From NCBI GenBank assembly GCA_963786105.1, contig CAWAXX010000023.1:128001-192000 (forward strand): a stretch of 64,000 nucleotides of DNA, read 5' to 3'. Origin of the DNA: Vulcanimicrobiota bacterium (GTDB lineage: Bacteria > Vulcanimicrobiota > Vulcanimicrobiia > Vulcanimicrobiales > Vulcanimicrobiaceae). Of this stretch, positions 38,985-49,600 are shown in pieces. The notes beneath the pieces are model-generated. The model did not search any database, was not told the DNA's origin, and worked only from the letters and a program-made list of their open reading frames with translations. Positions within the stretch are counted from its first letter, which is position 1, and the number at the start of each line of letters is the position of its first letter. A program made the position numbers and the translations under genes.

Positions 38985-40778
38985 TCAATACGAAAGGGGT
39001 GCGTTCGTCGACATGTTCGTTAGATGCCAGCGAACGTTGTCGAATATGCGGTCTTCAGTGACATTGCCTGCGAGCGTTCGGAACGTTGGGTCGGTTTGGT
39101 TCCAATAGGCAATCAACGCCGAGGCGTACTCGTATTCCTTGACGATGTCCGAATGCTCGACGCCGGCGGCGTCGGTGCCCAAGAGGCAACGGACGCGCCG
39201 CTCGAGGAGATACTTCAACGACGCATTTCCAAGAATCGTGCCGACGGCGAGCTCGTCGTTCGGGTCTCTGACCAGCACGCCGAGCACGTCGTTGAGGGCG
39301 AAGTTGGTCTCTGCGTTGGTCAGCGCGGGCGCGACGTCGTGCATGATGGCCGTCTCGCCAAGCGGCATACGCGAGATCGGATACGCGCCGGTCGCGACGT
39401 TGCTTTCCAAGTTGACGTCGGCCTCGACGCCTTCATCGTGCATCGCAGCAGCCTGCACGTCGTTTGCCCACGTGTCATGTGCGAGGCGAAAGACCAAGTA
39501 CCTCGGTGCGTCGGGGTGAGCGTTCTTGAACCGAGCGACCGCGCCGAGCAGCGCCGTAATATTCAGGCCGGCTTCGGCGGCGTTGCTCAGGGTCGTCGGG
39601 AAGGATGCGAAGGCGTTTTCAAAAGTCCACGGCTGAGCCGGCGGGACCGGCGCGTAGTCGATGACGCCGCCCTCGCCGACGTGCGTGTGCACCAGCAGCT
39701 TCCCTTGCCATCCCGACGAACGGCGCGCCTTGGCCGCGTCGTACACCGCCCCGATCAGCCGGCGGTAGTACTCCATGCCTGGAGGCGTAAAGCACGTGGT
39801 TTCCGGCCCAGCCGTATCGATACCGACGACCGTGTCGTAAAAGGCTGCCCGGCGCGTCGCGTCGATTACCGATTTGCCTTCATCGTCTTGTCCGAGAAGC
39901 GCACGATAGATGGTTGCGGGATCGGTGCGCAACGCCGCCGGAAGGTCGACGGGCGCGCAGTGCCCGGCCTTAGACCACTCGCTGTACTGATTTCCTCCGG
40001 ATAGGGTGGCAAGTTGAGCGGTGTGGGTCATCAGGACGAACGTGACGACCGGCATAACCCTTTGCATCGTTTGCAACCCGGCGATCAGCCGGGGATCGCG
40101 CCGCGCGTCCATCGCGCATTCGATCGTATTCAGACGGTCGGATCGGCCATTTGCGAATCCCCACCCGCCGATGAACGGCAGCGATTGCTCGGAGATCTCG
40201 ACGTTGGTGGCGGCCAGGTCGAGAACGCTCGCGCGGCACAAGTCGGCGTTGAGACGTTGGCCGTCGCCAGCGTAGAACCGCGAACTGAGATAGTCGTACG
40301 CCGGACCGCCGCGAAAGGCGTACGCACTGTCGAACTCGGACCACGGAGTTGCGGTCAGAATGCGTTCGAGCGCACCGTCGAGATTGACAACGCTGCCGGA
40401 GACTCGATTCCGGTAGACGACCAGCGCCGCCCGAGCGCCAAGCGAGAAGCGCTGCCCGTCGGGCGGCGAGAAGAGCCGGTTGCCGAGCGCGGCCTGGTGC
40501 GCGGGATACCACACGTCGGAGAGGTAGCGATAGAGCGCAAGCCGGTCGTCGAAGGTCACGGCGTTCGACGAGTCCGAAACGCGTGCGATGAACGCCGGCA
40601 AATTCGCGTACGCGTAGTAGGGAAGAATTCCGGTGAAATGATTGTGCGCATCGAAAAACACCGGCTGCCGGTGCGAATAACGAGCCGTTTCGGGGTAGAC
40701 CGCCGCCTCGGCACCGCTTTCGGCGAAGATGCTCGAGCCCAGAAGCACGATCTGCGCCAACGCCACGAGCGCTCGCAT
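38985..40778 (-). CDS. Secreted adenosine-deaminase-like metallo-amidohydrolase
   Basis: Signal peptide; DAHNH, GIDTAGPE, HVGEG, RLAH, LGTD motifs. Confidence 0.7.
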   Translation of the reverse strand: MRALVALAQIVLLGSSIFAESGAEAAVYPETARYSHRQPVFFDAHNHFTGILPYYAYANLPAFIARVSDSSNAVTFDDRLALYRYLSDVWYPAHQAALGNRLFSPPDGQRFSLGARAALVVYRNRVSGSVVNLDGALERILTATPWSEFDSAYAFRGGPAYDYLSSRFYAGDGQRLNADLCRASVLDLAATNVEISEQSLPFIGGWGFANGRSDRLNTIECAMDARRDPRLIAGLQTMQRVMPVVTFVLMTHTAQLATLSGGNQYSEWSKAGHCAPVDLPAALRTDPATIYRALLGQDDEGKSVIDATRRAAFYDTVVGIDTAGPETTCFTPPGMEYYRRLIGAVYDAAKARRSSGWQGKLLVHTHVGEGGVIDYAPVPPAQPWTFENAFASFPTTLSNAAEAGLNITALLGAVARFKNAHPDAPRYLVFRLAHDTWANDVQAAAMHDEGVEADVNLESNVATGAYPISRMPLGETAIMHDVAPALTNAETNFALNDVLGVLVRDPNDELAVGTILGNASLKYLLERRVRCLLGTDAAGVEHSDIVKEYEYASALIAYWNQTDPTFRTLAGNVTEDRIFDNVRWHLTNMSTNAPLSY

Positions 40779-40786
40779 CACGTTGC

Positions 40787-41380
40787 TTACCAAAACCGTT
40801 CGCCGATCCACCCGTCTTCGAGTTCGGCAACGCGCTCGCGATCGAGTTCGGTCGGACAGTTTCCGCCTTCGAGCTCGCAGGCTTCGTCGCGATAGGCGAT
40901 CCACGCGCGTTCCGAGGAGGACAGCGACTGCTGCTGGGCGGGCGTGATTCGCGTGCGCAAGAGCCCGTCGACGCGATCGAGTTCGCGTGACGCACCGCGG
41001 GAGACCGGCTCCGGCGGCGCCGCGGGACGGCCCGCGGAAAGCGCATCGAGCATCGCGTGCAGCCGGAGGTTTCGCGCGCGAGTCATTCGATCCGCGCATT
41101 CCGACGCGATCATCGGCGCGATGCTGCCGCCCTCGTACAGCGCCGCTTCAAAAGCGCAGGTTGCATCGCGCGCCGCGCCCCAGGCGGCTTGCACGCGCGC
41201 CAGCGGCTTCGCGCCGGCGCCAAGCCTTCGAATTTCGGCGTCGACGAGCGCCGTCGCATCGCGCAGTTCCGAATCGGCTTGCGTTGCGCGCGCGGCCCAG
41301 CACGCGTCGAGAGCGCGCTGCGTTTGAGCGGCCTCGCACGGCGCCGCCGTGACCGCGGCCAACAAGATGCCGTAAATCAT
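40787..41380 (-). CDS. LprI/DUF1311 lysozyme-inhibitor-family protein, two repeats
   Basis: C..AQTQ..L..C, QAAW..ARD..C, GGSIAP; second ERAWIAYRDEAC. Confidence 0.82.
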   Translation of the reverse strand: MIYGILLAAVTAAPCEAAQTQRALDACWAARATQADSELRDATALVDAEIRRLGAGAKPLARVQAAWGAARDATCAFEAALYEGGSIAPMIASECADRMTRARNLRLHAMLDALSAGRPAAPPEPVSRGASRELDRVDGLLRTRITPAQQQSLSSSERAWIAYRDEACELEGGNCPTELDRERVAELEDGWIGERFW

Positions 41381-41435
41381 CGGACCTTTCGAAGTAGCGT
41401 AGGAGTCGCCGGCGTAAAACTTCAAAGCATCTACC

Positions 41436-42257
41436 ATGCCCGAACCGCTGAATCCCTCGGACGTGAGCCCCCGGACCGACCGGGTGGTCGTGGACGTTCC
41501 CGGTTGGGAGCAAGTCCAGCCGCGTATCCCCGATACCCAACAGCGTCGGACGCTGGAAAAACAACGCAGCGTTCGCGAGGTCGTGTTTGGCGTGCAGGAC
41601 GGGATTCTGACGACGCTCGGCATCATCACGGGCGTCGGCGTTGCCGAAGGCGAACGCTCGGCCGTCATTATCAGCGGCTTCCTCGCGTTGCTCGCGGGTG
41701 CGCTTTCGATGGGAGTTGGAGAATATCTCGGCCGTAAGGCGGAGCGTGAAGTCGTGGCGGCAACCATCGAAATGGAGAAGCGCGAGATGGCCGCGGATCC
41801 GCAAGCCGAGTTCGCCGAACAGGTCGCCTACTATAAGGTCAAAGGCTTCAGCGCCGACGAGGCCCAGATGATCGTGAGACGCCTCACGCAGCACCCCGAC
41901 ATTTATTTATACGAGATGGTGCGCGACGAGTTCGGAATCGATCCGCGCGTCGCCGACGATTCGGGACTGCGAGGCCCGCTTTCCATGGGTTTCTCCTATG
42001 CGATCGGATCGCTGGTTCCAATCGCCGCCTTCTTGCTGCCGCTGTCGATGCGAATCGCGATCGGCGTATCGCTCGGCTGCGCCGTCGTCGGGCTGTTCGC
42101 GGTGGGTTTTTACGCCGGAACCTTGAGCCTGCGCAACCCGGTGATCAAAGGCCTCGAGATCGTCTTCTACGGCTGCGGCATTTTCGCGCTCTCGTACTTG
42201 GCGGGGCACTTCATTCCACCGCTTTTCGGTCACGCTCCGGTTCCGCTCGGCGGTTGA
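41436..42257 (+). CDS. VIT1/CCC1 Fe/Mn transporter
   Basis: [22 protein letters not shown]. Confidence 0.92.
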   Translation: MPEPLNPSDVSPRTDRVVVDVPGWEQVQPRIPDTQQRRTLEKQRSVREVVFGVQDGILTTLGIITGVGVAEGERSAVIISGFLALLAGALSMGVGEYLGRKAEREVVAATIEMEKREMAADPQAEFAEQVAYYKVKGFSADEAQMIVRRLTQHPDIYLYEMVRDEFGIDPRVADDSGLRGPLSMGFSYAIGSLVPIAAFLLPLSMRIAIGVSLGCAVVGLFAVGFYAGTLSLRNPVIKGLEIVFYGCGIFALSYLAGHFIPPLFGHAPVPLGG

Positions 42258-44404
42258 CACGCTCCGAGGTTTCCCGGGCTCCCGACGGGCACGAACCGGT
42301 GTATACGTGCCCAATGCATCCCGACGTCGCCGGCTCGCACCCCGGAGCGTGTTCCATCTGCGGGATGGCGCTCGAACCGCGCGAGCTTGGAGCCGAGCCG
42401 GAGGAAAACGCCGAGCTGGCCGACATGACGCGACGTTTTTGGATCGGCGTCGCGTTGACGGTACCACTGGTCGTACTTGTCATGAGCGATTATCTGTCGG
42501 GTTTGCACGCCTACGCGCCGCCTGAAATTTCCAAGTGGTTGGAGCTCGCTCTCAGCACGCCGGTGGTCCTGTGGTGTGGCTGGCCGTTCTTCGTGCGCGG
42601 TTGGAACTCGGTCGTCGCGCGGAGTCTCAACATGTTTACCCTGATCGCTCTCGGCGTCGGCGCTGCATACCTGTACAGTCTCGTGGCCGTGCTGCTTCCC
42701 GGTCTGTTTCCGGTCGCGCTCCGAAGCGCGCCGGGCGGACTCGCCGTATACTTCGAGGCTGCGGCCGTGATTACGACGCTGGTGCTGCTCGGGCAAGTGC
42801 TCGAACTACGCGCGCGCAACGAAACCAGTGCCGCCGTTCGGTCGCTCCTGGAACTGGCTCCCAAAACTGCCAGACGCGTTCTGGCGGATGGTTCCGAAGA
42901 AGACGTCCCGCTTTCGGAGGTGCGCGCCGGCGATCGACTTCGCATCCGCCCCGGGGAAAAAGTCCCGGTGGACGGGGTCGTCGTCGAGGGCGCATCCTCC
43001 GTCGACGAGTCGACGATCACCGGAGAGCCGATACCGGTCGAGAAATCGGCCGGCGGTCGCGTCATCGGTGCGACGATCAACGGCAACGGTACGCTGGTCA
43101 TGGAAGCGCAACGCGTCGGCGGCGACACGCTGTTGGCGCAGATCGTGCACATGGTGAGCGAAGCAAGCCGAAGCCGGGCGCCGATTCAAAAGCTCGCCGA
43201 CGTCGTCTCGACGTACTTCGTGCCCGCCGTGATCGGAATCGCCGCCGTAACGTTTGCCGTTTGGTTGTTTCTCGGTCCTGCGCCTGCGCTCGCTTATGCG
43301 ACCGTTAATGCCGTCGCCGTTTTGATCATCGCCTGCCCATGCGCTTTAGGGTTAGCGACGCCGATGTCGATCGTGGTAGCGGCCGGAAAGGGCGCGACTT
43401 TCGGCGTTCTCTTCAAGAACGCCGAAGCGATCGAAACGCTTGGCCGAGTCGACACGCTCGTCGTCGATAAAACGGGGACGCTCACCGAGGGGCGACCGCA
43501 ACTGCAGGAAATCGTGGCCCTCGACTCGCGATCGGACGAAGCGCTCCTCCAGGCCGCGGCGTCGCTCGAACGAGGCAGCGAGCATCCTCTGGCAACGGCG
43601 ATCGTCCAAGGGGCTCGGGAGTGGGACGTGCCGCTCGTGCCGGTGGCCGATTTCGAGTCGACTCCCGGAAAGGGCGTGCGCGGGCGAATCGACGGGCACG
43701 ACGTTGCTCTCGGGAACGCGGCGCTCATGAGCGCACTCGGCATCGACCCTGCTTCCGTGCTTGCGCAAGCCGAAGGCCTGCGAGCCCAGGGCAAAACGGC
43801 GATGTTCGTCGCCTTCGACGGCGCGCTCGCGGGGTTGGTGGCGGTCGCCGATCCCATCAAGCAGACGACGCCGCCGGCAATCCGGTCGCTGCATGCGGAC
43901 GGAGTTCGCATCGTGATGCTGACGGGAGACAATGCAACGACCGCCGCGGCGGTAGCGAGTCAACTCAATATCGACGAAGTCGTCGCGGACGTCCTCCCCG
44001 ATCAGAAGGCGCGGGTCGTACGACGTCTCCAATCCGAAGGACGATTCGTTGCGATGGCGGGCGACGGAATTAACGACGCACCGGCGCTCGCGCAAGCTCA
44101 AGTCGGGATCGCGATGGGAACCGGAACCGACATTGCGATGGAAAGCGCCGGAGTGACGCTAATCAAGGGCGATTTACGAGGTATCGTTCGCGCGCGCCGT
44201 TTAAGCGTTGCAACGATGCGCAACATTCGGCAGAACCTGGTTTTTGCGTTTGCCTACAACGCGCTCGGCATCCCGATCGCTGCCGGCGTTCTCTTTCCGG
44301 CGTTCGGCATTCTCCTATCGCCGATGATCGCGGCAGCGGCCATGTCGTTCAGCTCCGTTTCCGTCATCGGCAACGCGCTGCGACTACGAGGCGCTCGCGT
44401 GTAA
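42254..44404 (+). CDS. copA: Copper-translocating P1B ATPase
   Basis: YTCPMHP..CSICGM domain, [19 protein letters not shown] and MSFSS. Confidence 0.94.
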   Translation: MTRSEVSRAPDGHEPVYTCPMHPDVAGSHPGACSICGMALEPRELGAEPEENAELADMTRRFWIGVALTVPLVVLVMSDYLSGLHAYAPPEISKWLELALSTPVVLWCGWPFFVRGWNSVVARSLNMFTLIALGVGAAYLYSLVAVLLPGLFPVALRSAPGGLAVYFEAAAVITTLVLLGQVLELRARNETSAAVRSLLELAPKTARRVLADGSEEDVPLSEVRAGDRLRIRPGEKVPVDGVVVEGASSVDESTITGEPIPVEKSAGGRVIGATINGNGTLVMEAQRVGGDTLLAQIVHMVSEASRSRAPIQKLADVVSTYFVPAVIGIAAVTFAVWLFLGPAPALAYATVNAVAVLIIACPCALGLATPMSIVVAAGKGATFGVLFKNAEAIETLGRVDTLVVDKTGTLTEGRPQLQEIVALDSRSDEALLQAAASLERGSEHPLATAIVQGAREWDVPLVPVADFESTPGKGVRGRIDGHDVALGNAALMSALGIDPASVLAQAEGLRAQGKTAMFVAFDGALAGLVAVADPIKQTTPPAIRSLHADGVRIVMLTGDNATTAAAVASQLNIDEVVADVLPDQKARVVRRLQSEGRFVAMAGDGINDAPALAQAQVGIAMGTGTDIAMESAGVTLIKGDLRGIVRARRLSVATMRNIRQNLVFAFAYNALGIPIAAGVLFPAFGILLSPMIAAAAMSFSSVSVIGNALRLRGARV

Positions 44405-44487
44405 TCTGCCGACTTTCACGCGTTTCTCATCTGTTTGGGCGCTTTACCAATGTTTTGCGCTCGGCGCCCTAATAGAATGATAGGGAC

Positions 44488-44943
44488 ATGCTTACCAAAT
44501 TCGGTCGCTCCATCGCGACGACGCTTCTCGTGGGCTCCATGGCGCTCGGGTCCGCGGCACAACCGGCTAGAGCCGACACGACGTCGACCCTCATTATCAC
44601 CGCAGCTGCGGCCATCGGCCTCATGACCGCCGTTAACGTCGCTCAAAAGAATGCGAAAGCGCATCAAGTCGTCGGTTACTTGCCCGATGGCTCGACCGTT
44701 TATGCCGACGGTCACGTTGTAGCGCGCAACGGGCAAACGTGGTACCCGGGGAACTACGGCGAGACGATCGCGTGCAACGGTCCGCAGTGCTCCGTCACCG
44801 GTCCGAGCGGCGTGGGATATGGCGGCTATCCGTCAGGCTACGGCAATCCGCAGAGCTACGGATACCCCAGCGGCTATCCGACGGGCTACGGCTATCCCGG
44901 CGGCTATCCAAACGGATACGGGGCTCCTCGCCCACCCGGCTGA
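44488..44943 (+). CDS. Hypothetical secreted protein with GYP-repeat tail
   Basis: Signal peptide; C-terminal YGYPxG repeats. Confidence 0.7.
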   Translation: MLTKFGRSIATTLLVGSMALGSAAQPARADTTSTLIITAAAAIGLMTAVNVAQKNAKAHQVVGYLPDGSTVYADGHVVARNGQTWYPGNYGETIACNGPQCSVTGPSGVGYGGYPSGYGNPQSYGYPSGYPTGYGYPGGYPNGYGAPRPPG

Positions 44944-44955
44944 CGCATCGTCACT

Positions 44956-45024
44956 GTCCTTCGACTGCGCTCGCTGCGCGAGCTCCGCTCAGGACGACAA
45001 TGCGAGCTCCGCTCAGGATGACAC
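44956..45024. repeat. Tandem solo end-units of the palindromic element family
   Basis: GTCCTTCGACTGCGCTCGC..CTCCGCTCAGGACGACA then GCGAGCTCCGCTCAGGATGACAC, between convergent genes. Confidence 0.8.
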
Positions 45025-45027
45025 GGG

Positions 45028-46611
45028 TTACACGTTTCGCAACATGACGCGGGCGGCGTTCCAGCCCGCCGCTCCCATGACGCCGCCTCCGGGATGCGTG
45101 GCCGCGCCGCACAGGTATAGCCCTTTGATCGGCGTCGCGTAACCCGCAAACCCCGGAACGGGACGGAACATGAAGAGCTGATGCAGGGGCATCGCACCCT
45201 GGAAAATGCTGCCGCCCGTCAGTCCGAAGACGTTTTCAAGATCGACCGGTGTGAGAATTTGGCGGTCGATCACCGACGACTTGAATCCGGGCGCGTATTG
45301 CTCGACGATGTCGAAGCACCGGTCGGCGTACTCGTCGCGCAGAGCGTCGGTCCAGCCGCCGTCGACCGGCGCGTACGGCGCGTACTGCGTGAACATCGAC
45401 ATGAGGTGCTTGCCCGGCGGCGCTACGCTGGGGTCGAGCGACGTCGGCATCGTACATTCGACGACCGGATTTTGCGATATCCGGCCGAACTTCGCGTCGT
45501 CGTAGGCGCGTTCGATGAAGTCCTGGTCCGGACACAGATGGACGGTTCCGCGATGTTGGGGCCCGGCATCGTGCCCGGGTAGCGCGCTAAAGCTCGGCAG
45601 ACGCTCGAGTGCGACGTTGATTTTGCACGACGCGCTGCTGTAGGAGATCCGAGCGACCGCATCGTTGAAGGCGGGCGGCAGCGTCGCCGGATCGAGAAAT
45701 TTTTGAAACGTCAGGTGGCAGTCGACGCCCGACGCGACCTTCTTGGCGGCGAACTCGTCGCCGTTCGTCAAAGCGACGCCGGTGACCGAACCGTTCTTCG
45801 TAAGGATTTTGGCAACTTCGGCTTCGGTGCGGATCTCGACGCCGAGATCCATAGCGGCGCGAGCGATGGCCTGTGTCAGGCCTCCCATGCCGCCCTTGAC
45901 GTAGCTCCAAACGCCGCGCTTCCCGTTCGTTTCGCCCATGACGTGATGAAAGAGCACGTAAGCCGTGCCGGGCATCGACGGCGCCATGAAGGCGCCGATG
46001 ATGGCGTCGGTCGCAATCGTTCCCTTGAGCTGTTCGGACTCAAACCAGCGGTCGAGGATGGGACGCGCGGCCCCGGTGAGCACTTCGATCGCTTCGCCCA
46101 TCGCCGGGCCTAATCGCTGGAGCGCTTTGCCCATCTTGCCCATTTGGAACAACTGCCCCAGCGTGGGGTGCAGGAGGTTCGGTGGAACCTGCGTGAGCGT
46201 CGGTTCGACGACCGAGGCGACGCGCTCGAGCATCGCTTCGTATTTCGGATAATTCTCGGCGTCTTTTTTGCTGAACTTGGAGATCTCGTTTACGTCTTGA
46301 CTCGAGCCGGTCCCGAGAATCAAATACCGTCCGTCCAGAAACGGGGAAAACGACGCGGGGTCGCGCTCGATCGGTTCGAAGGCGTAGTCTCGCAAGCGCA
46401 GGTCGGCGATGATTTCCGGCCGGAACAGACTGTTGACGTAGGCCGCGGTGGAAACCTTATAGCCGGGCCAAATCTCTTCGGAGACGCACGCGCCGCCGAC
46501 GACGTAACGCCGCTCGAGCACCAGTACCTTCCATTTGGCGCGGGCGAGATAGCAGGCGGTCACGAGCCCGTTGTGGCCGCCGCCAATAACGATCGCGTCG
46601 TATTTCATCAA
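45028..46611 (-). CDS. Phytoene-dehydrogenase-like FAD oxidoreductase (COG1233/PYROXD2-like)
   Basis: IGGGHNGL, GGACVSEE, GLYLCGAATHPGGGVMGAAG. Confidence 0.9.
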   Translation of the reverse strand: MMKYDAIVIGGGHNGLVTACYLARAKWKVLVLERRYVVGGACVSEEIWPGYKVSTAAYVNSLFRPEIIADLRLRDYAFEPIERDPASFSPFLDGRYLILGTGSSQDVNEISKFSKKDAENYPKYEAMLERVASVVEPTLTQVPPNLLHPTLGQLFQMGKMGKALQRLGPAMGEAIEVLTGAARPILDRWFESEQLKGTIATDAIIGAFMAPSMPGTAYVLFHHVMGETNGKRGVWSYVKGGMGGLTQAIARAAMDLGVEIRTEAEVAKILTKNGSVTGVALTNGDEFAAKKVASGVDCHLTFQKFLDPATLPPAFNDAVARISYSSASCKINVALERLPSFSALPGHDAGPQHRGTVHLCPDQDFIERAYDDAKFGRISQNPVVECTMPTSLDPSVAPPGKHLMSMFTQYAPYAPVDGGWTDALRDEYADRCFDIVEQYAPGFKSSVIDRQILTPVDLENVFGLTGGSIFQGAMPLHQLFMFRPVPGFAGYATPIKGLYLCGAATHPGGGVMGAAGWNAARVMLRNV

Positions 46612-46623
46612 AGGTCCTTCTCT

Positions 46624-49600
46624 TTACAGTTTCACTTTAACGCTGAAGTACGCGTTGAACGGCTGGGCCAGCGAGCTCGAGAGATCGTTGTACGTGCCGA
46701 AGTACGGCTCGTACGGGTATCGCAAGAACGTCTGTATATTGTCGCGTGGATTGTAGCCATTCCCAGCCGGCGGTGTGCTCGGACCGCCAACCAGATTAGT
46801 GTAGAGGCAGACGTTGCTTCCATGCAGGTACGTAAAGCCGGTCGTTTGACCGCCGAAGCAGGTCGAGAGCAGATTGGCCAGCGTCAACGTGAGGCTCACT
46901 CGCGGCGTGACGTCATAGCCGACGCGCAGGTGTCCGAGCAGTTGTGCGGGCTCGCGAAACCCTCCCAAAGGATCGAACTGTCCGGTATAGGGATCCGGAA
47001 TCGAGAGGCCCGCGGAAAGGCAGTTGTGAGCGTTGTACGGCGCTCCGCCGGATGCTCCGTACGGGTAACGTGGATCGCCGCTCGTCGAGCCGGGGAGGGG
47101 GGTGCACCCCCCGGCTGCCGGATCGATGCCGGGCGTCGTGAGCGGCGCACCGTACCGGTTTCCCGCGTTGTATTGAAACGATGGCGTAATCGCCAGCCTA
47201 TCGTGTTTGTAGTTAAGGATCAGCGTCGCGACGTAGGGATAGTTGTAGGCGTTTACGCCGGATCCGACTGGGCCGGGAAAGACCGAGTACGGAAGGTACG
47301 ACGCGCCCGGATCGTACAGCGAAAACGCCGGTGAATTCCAATAGGGATTAGCGATGTCTCCCTTGGCGCACGAAGCGTCAGCGTATCCGCTCTGCGTGTA
47401 GCAGGGTGCTGCGTACGAGTTCGGGCCGGCGGTCGTGTATCCGCAAACCGGCTGGCCAAACTGCACCTTCTTGTACAGGGATCCACCGGGAGCGCACGCT
47501 TTCGTGTACGCGTTATACTGGGCGATGCCCGTGTTGATCGGTGTGAGCAGGGTCGTTCCGTTGGACAGCGTTCCGTATTTAAAGGTCGCGTACGTATACG
47601 CGAACGATAATTGCCCCGAAAAGCCGTTTCGGCTAAAGTCGCCCTTGTTGAATTGGAATTCGAAGCCCCGAGAGGTCTGATAACCGGCGTTGAGCCCCGA
47701 CGTGAGGCCGGTCGTGTAGTTGATGTAGAAGTTCGATACCTCGGCTTGCGTTTGCCGTAAGAAGGGCGACAGCTTGAACGACATGTCGGTCCCCTTGAAG
47801 TGATGCTCGAGCGACAGGTCGCTATTGAACGATATCGATGGGGCGACTTGGTGTCCGGGGGTCGTGAACCCCAGCGGATAGAATTCGGTCAGGGTGTCCG
47901 GGAGATTCTGTTCGAGGCCATTGTACTGCTCGTAGGCGGAGCTGGGCTGCTGGTTGTATTTGCCGTAGCTCGCGCGTAGGACCGTGTCGGGATTAACGGT
48001 GTAGGTCATGCCGATCCGTGGCTGCACGATGTTATAGTCGAAGGCGGCGGGCGTGTTATCCACGTGGGCGTTGACGTACTGGCTCCCAAGTGTCGAACAC
48101 GGGATCTGAGAGTTGGTACTCCAATGACCCGGAGAAAGAAGCGCGCTCCGGTCGACCAGCGTCAGCGTGCGCGTGTCGAAACACGTGTCCTGATTGAACG
48201 CGTTAAACCAAAAGTTTCGCGCCGCGCCGGTGTTCGTGTTCGGTCCAACGAAGCTGTAGTTGTCCACGCGAACTCCGATGTTGAAGTTGAGTTTATCGTT
48301 GGGACGCCATTCGTCGGTGATGGAATAGCCCGCGAACGCCGGTTCGACCGTATTGTTGAAGCCGTAGGCCCCGTTTTCTGCGACGTAGTAGGCGCACGGA
48401 CCGTTTCCGCACCGTAAACCACTGACGTTGGGCCGGCCGCTTCCGTTGAGCCCTAAATAGGAGGGTAGGCGGCCGTAGGAAACGCCGCTGCCGCCGCCGT
48501 CGGAGCACGTCGTCGCCTGGGTGTAGAGATTGCCATTCTTTCCTGTTCGGATCGCGTAGCATGTGCCGCCGTTGATGTCGTTAGGATTCACGAGCTGTGC
48601 GAACTCGTTTCCGTAGAAGCGGCCGAAGGCAAACATTTGCTCGTTATAGATGCGCGCTCCGGTTGCGGTGGTGTACGTCCCTTCGGCCGACAGCAGATTT
48701 TGGGAGTTTAACTGGTCGGTGAAAGAGGCGCTGACACCGCGCGTGTGATTGTTGATTTCGTAGTCGCCGCTGTCGTAGTAAGCGTAGTACTGCAGCGACA
48801 TCATGGGTCCGTTCTCGATCCAATCGGAGTAGTACGTATAGCCGTAGAGACGCAGGAACGCGCTCGAGCTGAAGTTCTTCTGGTATTGCAGCTTGACGAT
48901 CGCCTGGCCGTTGTAACCACGATCGCGCTGGTTATTAGGATCTGGAATGGCGCCGAATAGCGGGTGCGCCGGCGACGACGGATACAGGTACGGATGGATC
49001 ATCGACTGGTAATTCTTGGGCAGTAGCGTACCGGTGGGTCCGGTGTATTGGTAGCTGTCGAGATAGTACGGCGGATAAGCGCCACCCGTGGAGGAGATCC
49101 AGTTATTCAAACCTTCGTCGTTGACGGAGCTGGAAAAGGTCGTGAAGATTTCGTCGTTGTCGTAGAGCAGTTGCACGTCGTCGCGCAGGCCGTCGCGTTT
49201 ATGCGGAATGGCGAAATGAAGATTCGCGACGAACGTGCGATCGGCAACGTTGACCGGGTTCGCGGTTCCGAATCCTATCGGGCCGAGCACCCATCCGGTG
49301 GTTCCGAGCTGCCCGAGGTTACGCGCGCCGTTGGTGTAGCAGGACGGCAACTGGGCCATCGTCGCGTTGGCCGGACACTGCTGGATTTGCTCGCCGAATT
49401 CGTTGGTATATGCCGCACCGCCAAAGTGATCGACGAAAACGTGGTCCTGATTGTAGCCGTTAAAACCGACGTAGTACGAGAACGTGCGGTCGGGCGTCGC
49501 GCCCCCGGCCTCGACGCTAATGCTATGATAAAACGTCGGCGAGCCGACAGCTAAATCCGCCTGAGCGTACCCGGGAAACGTACCGGTCTTAATGACCTGA

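Noticed and set aside
45028..46611. crtI / carotenoid pathway
   Set aside because: No crtB or crtE nearby; motifs fit the broader COG1233 group.
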